Assembly (NCBI RefSeq): GCF_036321535.1
Contig: NC_087436.1
Coordinates: forward strand, 17,422,001-17,486,000
Source of the DNA: Camelus dromedarius
Lineage: Eukaryota
DNA length: 64,000 nt
Direction: 5' to 3'
The notes beneath the pieces were generated by a model. It had not been told where the DNA came from. It made no database searches and saw only the letters and a program-made list of their open reading frames with translations. A program made the translations under genes and the position numbers. Below, piece after piece: positions 61,465 to 64,000 of the stretch (positions are counted from its first letter, which is position 1; each line of letters begins with the position of its first letter).

Positions 61465-61772
61465 ATGTTATCACTTCTATGTGGAATCTAAAAAGTACAA
61501 CAAATGAGTGAATATAACGGAGCAGAAACAGACTCACAAATAGAGAACGAACTTGTGGTTACCAGTGGGGAAAGGGAAGAAGGGGCAAGAGAGGGGTCGG
61601 GGTTAAGAGATACAAACATCAATGTATAAAATAAATAAGCAACAAGGATCTGTTGTACAGCACAGGGAATATAACTATTACTTTGTAATAATTTTAAAGG
61701 GTGTATAATCTATAAAAATACTGAATCACTATGTTGTACATCTGAAACTAATATAATATTATAAATTCGCTC
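61465..61772 (+). mobile_element. L1 3' UTR (L1MA9-like)
   Basis: 'tgtggaatctaaaaa...cagactcaca...tggttaccagtgggg...tgtacagcacagggaatata...tgtacatctgaaactaatataatatt'. Confidence 0.85.
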
Positions 61773-62239
61773 TAACCCTGTGCTCTGTTTCCTGTGCTGA
61801 GTCATGCTGGTTCTGCACCTTTTATAAAAGAATGTTGCCTAGAGCCTGAAATATACAGGAGAGCCCATTCTCTAGGCTCTGATCTTTAAGGTTATAATGC
61901 TTTTTTATCCACATATAGATAAAATGTTGCAGAGCAGAGAATAACATTTGTCTTGCTGGAGGTTTACAGGGACACCATGACCTGACCTACGGAGACAGCT
62001 GCAAGAACAAAGAATTCTGACACCAAGAAGTTTGCAACAACCAACCACCCTCCCACCCTTTCTGGTATAAAAGGAGCCTGAATTCTGACTTGGGTAAGAT
62101 GGTTCCCCAGGGCATTAGTCTGCCATCTTCTCGGTCTGCTGGCTTTCAGAATAAAGTCGTTATTCCTTGCCCCAATACCTCGTCTCCTGATTTATTGGGA
62201 TGTCATGCGGTGAGCAGAATGAGTTTGGACTCGGTAACA
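61773..62239 (+). mobile_element. ERV1 solo LTR, MER41-like (5' half differs from the 54.3-kb copy)
   Basis: TATA 'gtataaaa', AATAAA, ends 'gagcagaatgagtttggactcggtaaca'. Confidence 0.8.
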
Positions 62240-63339
62240 CTCAGTCCCTCTGGAGCATCACTTTTTCCTTTAATACCTAAATAAGACGGCTCAGGAGGAA
62301 AGTCCTCAGAAGTCTCCCCTATTTGCTTGCATTTCCGAGGGGCTTCTGTCCTTGCCATCACTCCCTCTGATTTCCCACTCCCTTTCCTGCTCCTGCCTCT
62401 GAGAGCTACTACCTCTATTCTTTCCAGCATTTCTTCCCCCAGAACAGACATTTCCCATGTGTTCCTTTAATTTACTAGGAATATAAGGCTATTGTATGTA
62501 ACAGATTTTTCAAAATAATGTCATAAATAATAAGGGATAATTATAGCCCAGGGCAGGAAATAACTTTATATCTCAGTTCCTCAAAACTGAACCCAGTGGC
62601 CTGCCTGCCGCCATATTGGATCCCTCTTCTTCCAAAATCCTTTCCCATCCTCCCCCTACTTTATTCCAAGTCCTGGGGACCAATATGAAAACCCCAAATT
62701 CCTGACATTTTATTATCCAGATCACTTTTGCTTTTCTGTCCAAATCTCTCCTATCTCACTACCCCTAAGAGACCTTATGTTTTACAATTAAAAACAGCCC
62801 ATTCTAGAGTTTTCCTAAACATGAATTTTTTCTCCCTCAAAAAAAACTCTACCTTCACCAGCACTAGTTAATTTGTCATCTCTACCATGAAATTAGAAGA
62901 TCTCTGAGGGCTGGAACTCTTGTCTGGATAACCAGCAGCCAGCACAGTGATGGATGGGTAATAGATTCTCAGTAAACCAAGGAAGGAAGCAAAGAAATAC
63001 ATCTCTAATGGTGGAATATCAAATTGCAGGCACTTTTCCTGCATTTCTGAAATTGTATAGTGTCACTTCCTAGTTAAAAATTCCTCCAGTGAACTCTTTG
63101 GAGTAGATAAGCTTCCAGCATGTTCTTTTTGCTTTCTTCCTCCCTGTCTTAGAGGAGAAGGTCCCCCACTTGTCCACAGATATAACCCACATTCTCCAAT
63201 ATTTGTTTTACTAATAATAAAGTAGATATTTTAGTCATATTCCAACAAATATCAACTTTATTAGTAGTAAAGTGATTTTTTGGTCACATTCTCTATTCCT
63301 TCTCACAGTAATACAGTAGATATTTTGGTCTTTATAAAA

Positions 63340-63905
63340 AAGTTGCTCTTCAGCAATGGTGTTCCACTACACTCAGAATAAAGTCCAAATTCTGTGCCAT
63401 GTTCTGATCAACGAGGTCTTTCTCTGCAACTGTAACTCCCTCCACTCTTCCCTCCTGTACCACACTGTAGCCCCTCTCACCCTCTTCCTATTTCAGAGCC
63501 CTCATCAAACTCATTTCTGCTTTAGGGCTTTGCCTTTGGTTCTCCATCAGCCACCCTCCACCCCCCACTGCCAGCTGGCCTCTTTCTTGTCTTTTGGGTC
63601 TCAGCTCAAATGTTACCACCCCAGAGGAGTCCTTTGTGGTCACTCAAATCTCACACCACCTTCTGACTTTTTAATTACATCATCTTTTAAAAATTTTCTG
63701 TGTCACACATATCATGACTTAACATCACCTTGTTGTATGTTCAATAATTTATTTCATCTTATTTTCTACTCCTTGTCCACCACCAGTGGAAATATCAACT
63801 CCAGTAGGGCAACACTTTATTTTTCTCTATATTCCCAACCCCTAGAATAGCATGTGGCACATAGCAGGCACTTCATAGAGATCTGTAAAATGGATTTAAG
63901 AATAA
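63340..63905 (+). mobile_element. L2a LINE 3' region
   Basis: 'ttccactacactcagaataaagtccaaat...ctttagggctttgc...tctcagctcaaatgttacc...cctagaatagcatgtggcacatagcaggcact'. Confidence 0.85.
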
Positions 63906-64000
63906 ATTTATTAACACCATAGAAATTTAAAAATCTTTCACTTAATTAAATTTTTAAATTTTTCATAAAAAAGAAATACAGAAATATACCACAACTTGAG

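Noticed and set aside
54272..62239. An 8-kb provirus bounded by two LTRs
   Set aside because: The interior holds MIR, L3, L1 and unique DNA with no gag/pol/env or primer-binding site, and the LTR 5' halves differ.
63356..63850. Longest ORF in the track (164 aa)
   Set aside because: It lies wholly within an L2a 3' region with pyrimidine-rich composition; a chance ORF.
1..64000. CRISPR arrays, rRNA or prokaryote-type operons
   Set aside because: None seen; the sequence is typical repeat-rich mammalian DNA.

Overview
Mammalian genomic DNA, most likely camelid (alpaca/llama/camel). The assignment rests on a Vic-1-type tRNA-derived SINE with target-site duplication at 7.2-7.4 kb. The window is AT-rich and repeat-dense: MIR, L2, CR1/L3, old and young L1, MaLR (including one LTR-internal-LTR element), ERVL and MER41-like LTRs, and MER2/MER5/MER20 DNA transposons. 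I cannot support any intact protein-coding gene, and the listed ORFs I could interpret are repeat-derived or consistent with chance. The main unexplained signal is a chain of about 11 exon-like, apparently repeat-free segments on the minus strand (42.1 kb down to 3.9 kb). They have canonical splice sites, mostly compatible intron phases and protein-like translations, and most are broken by stops or frameshifts. A CpG-retaining ETS/YY1 promoter-like element with a splice donor lies upstream at ~57.8-57.9 kb. My best reading is a decayed multi-exon gene (unitary pseudogene), possibly still transcribed. Its family is not established; a PDZD2/IL16-like identity is a weak guess. Repeat names come from recalled consensus motifs, not a database run, and repeat boundaries are approximate.
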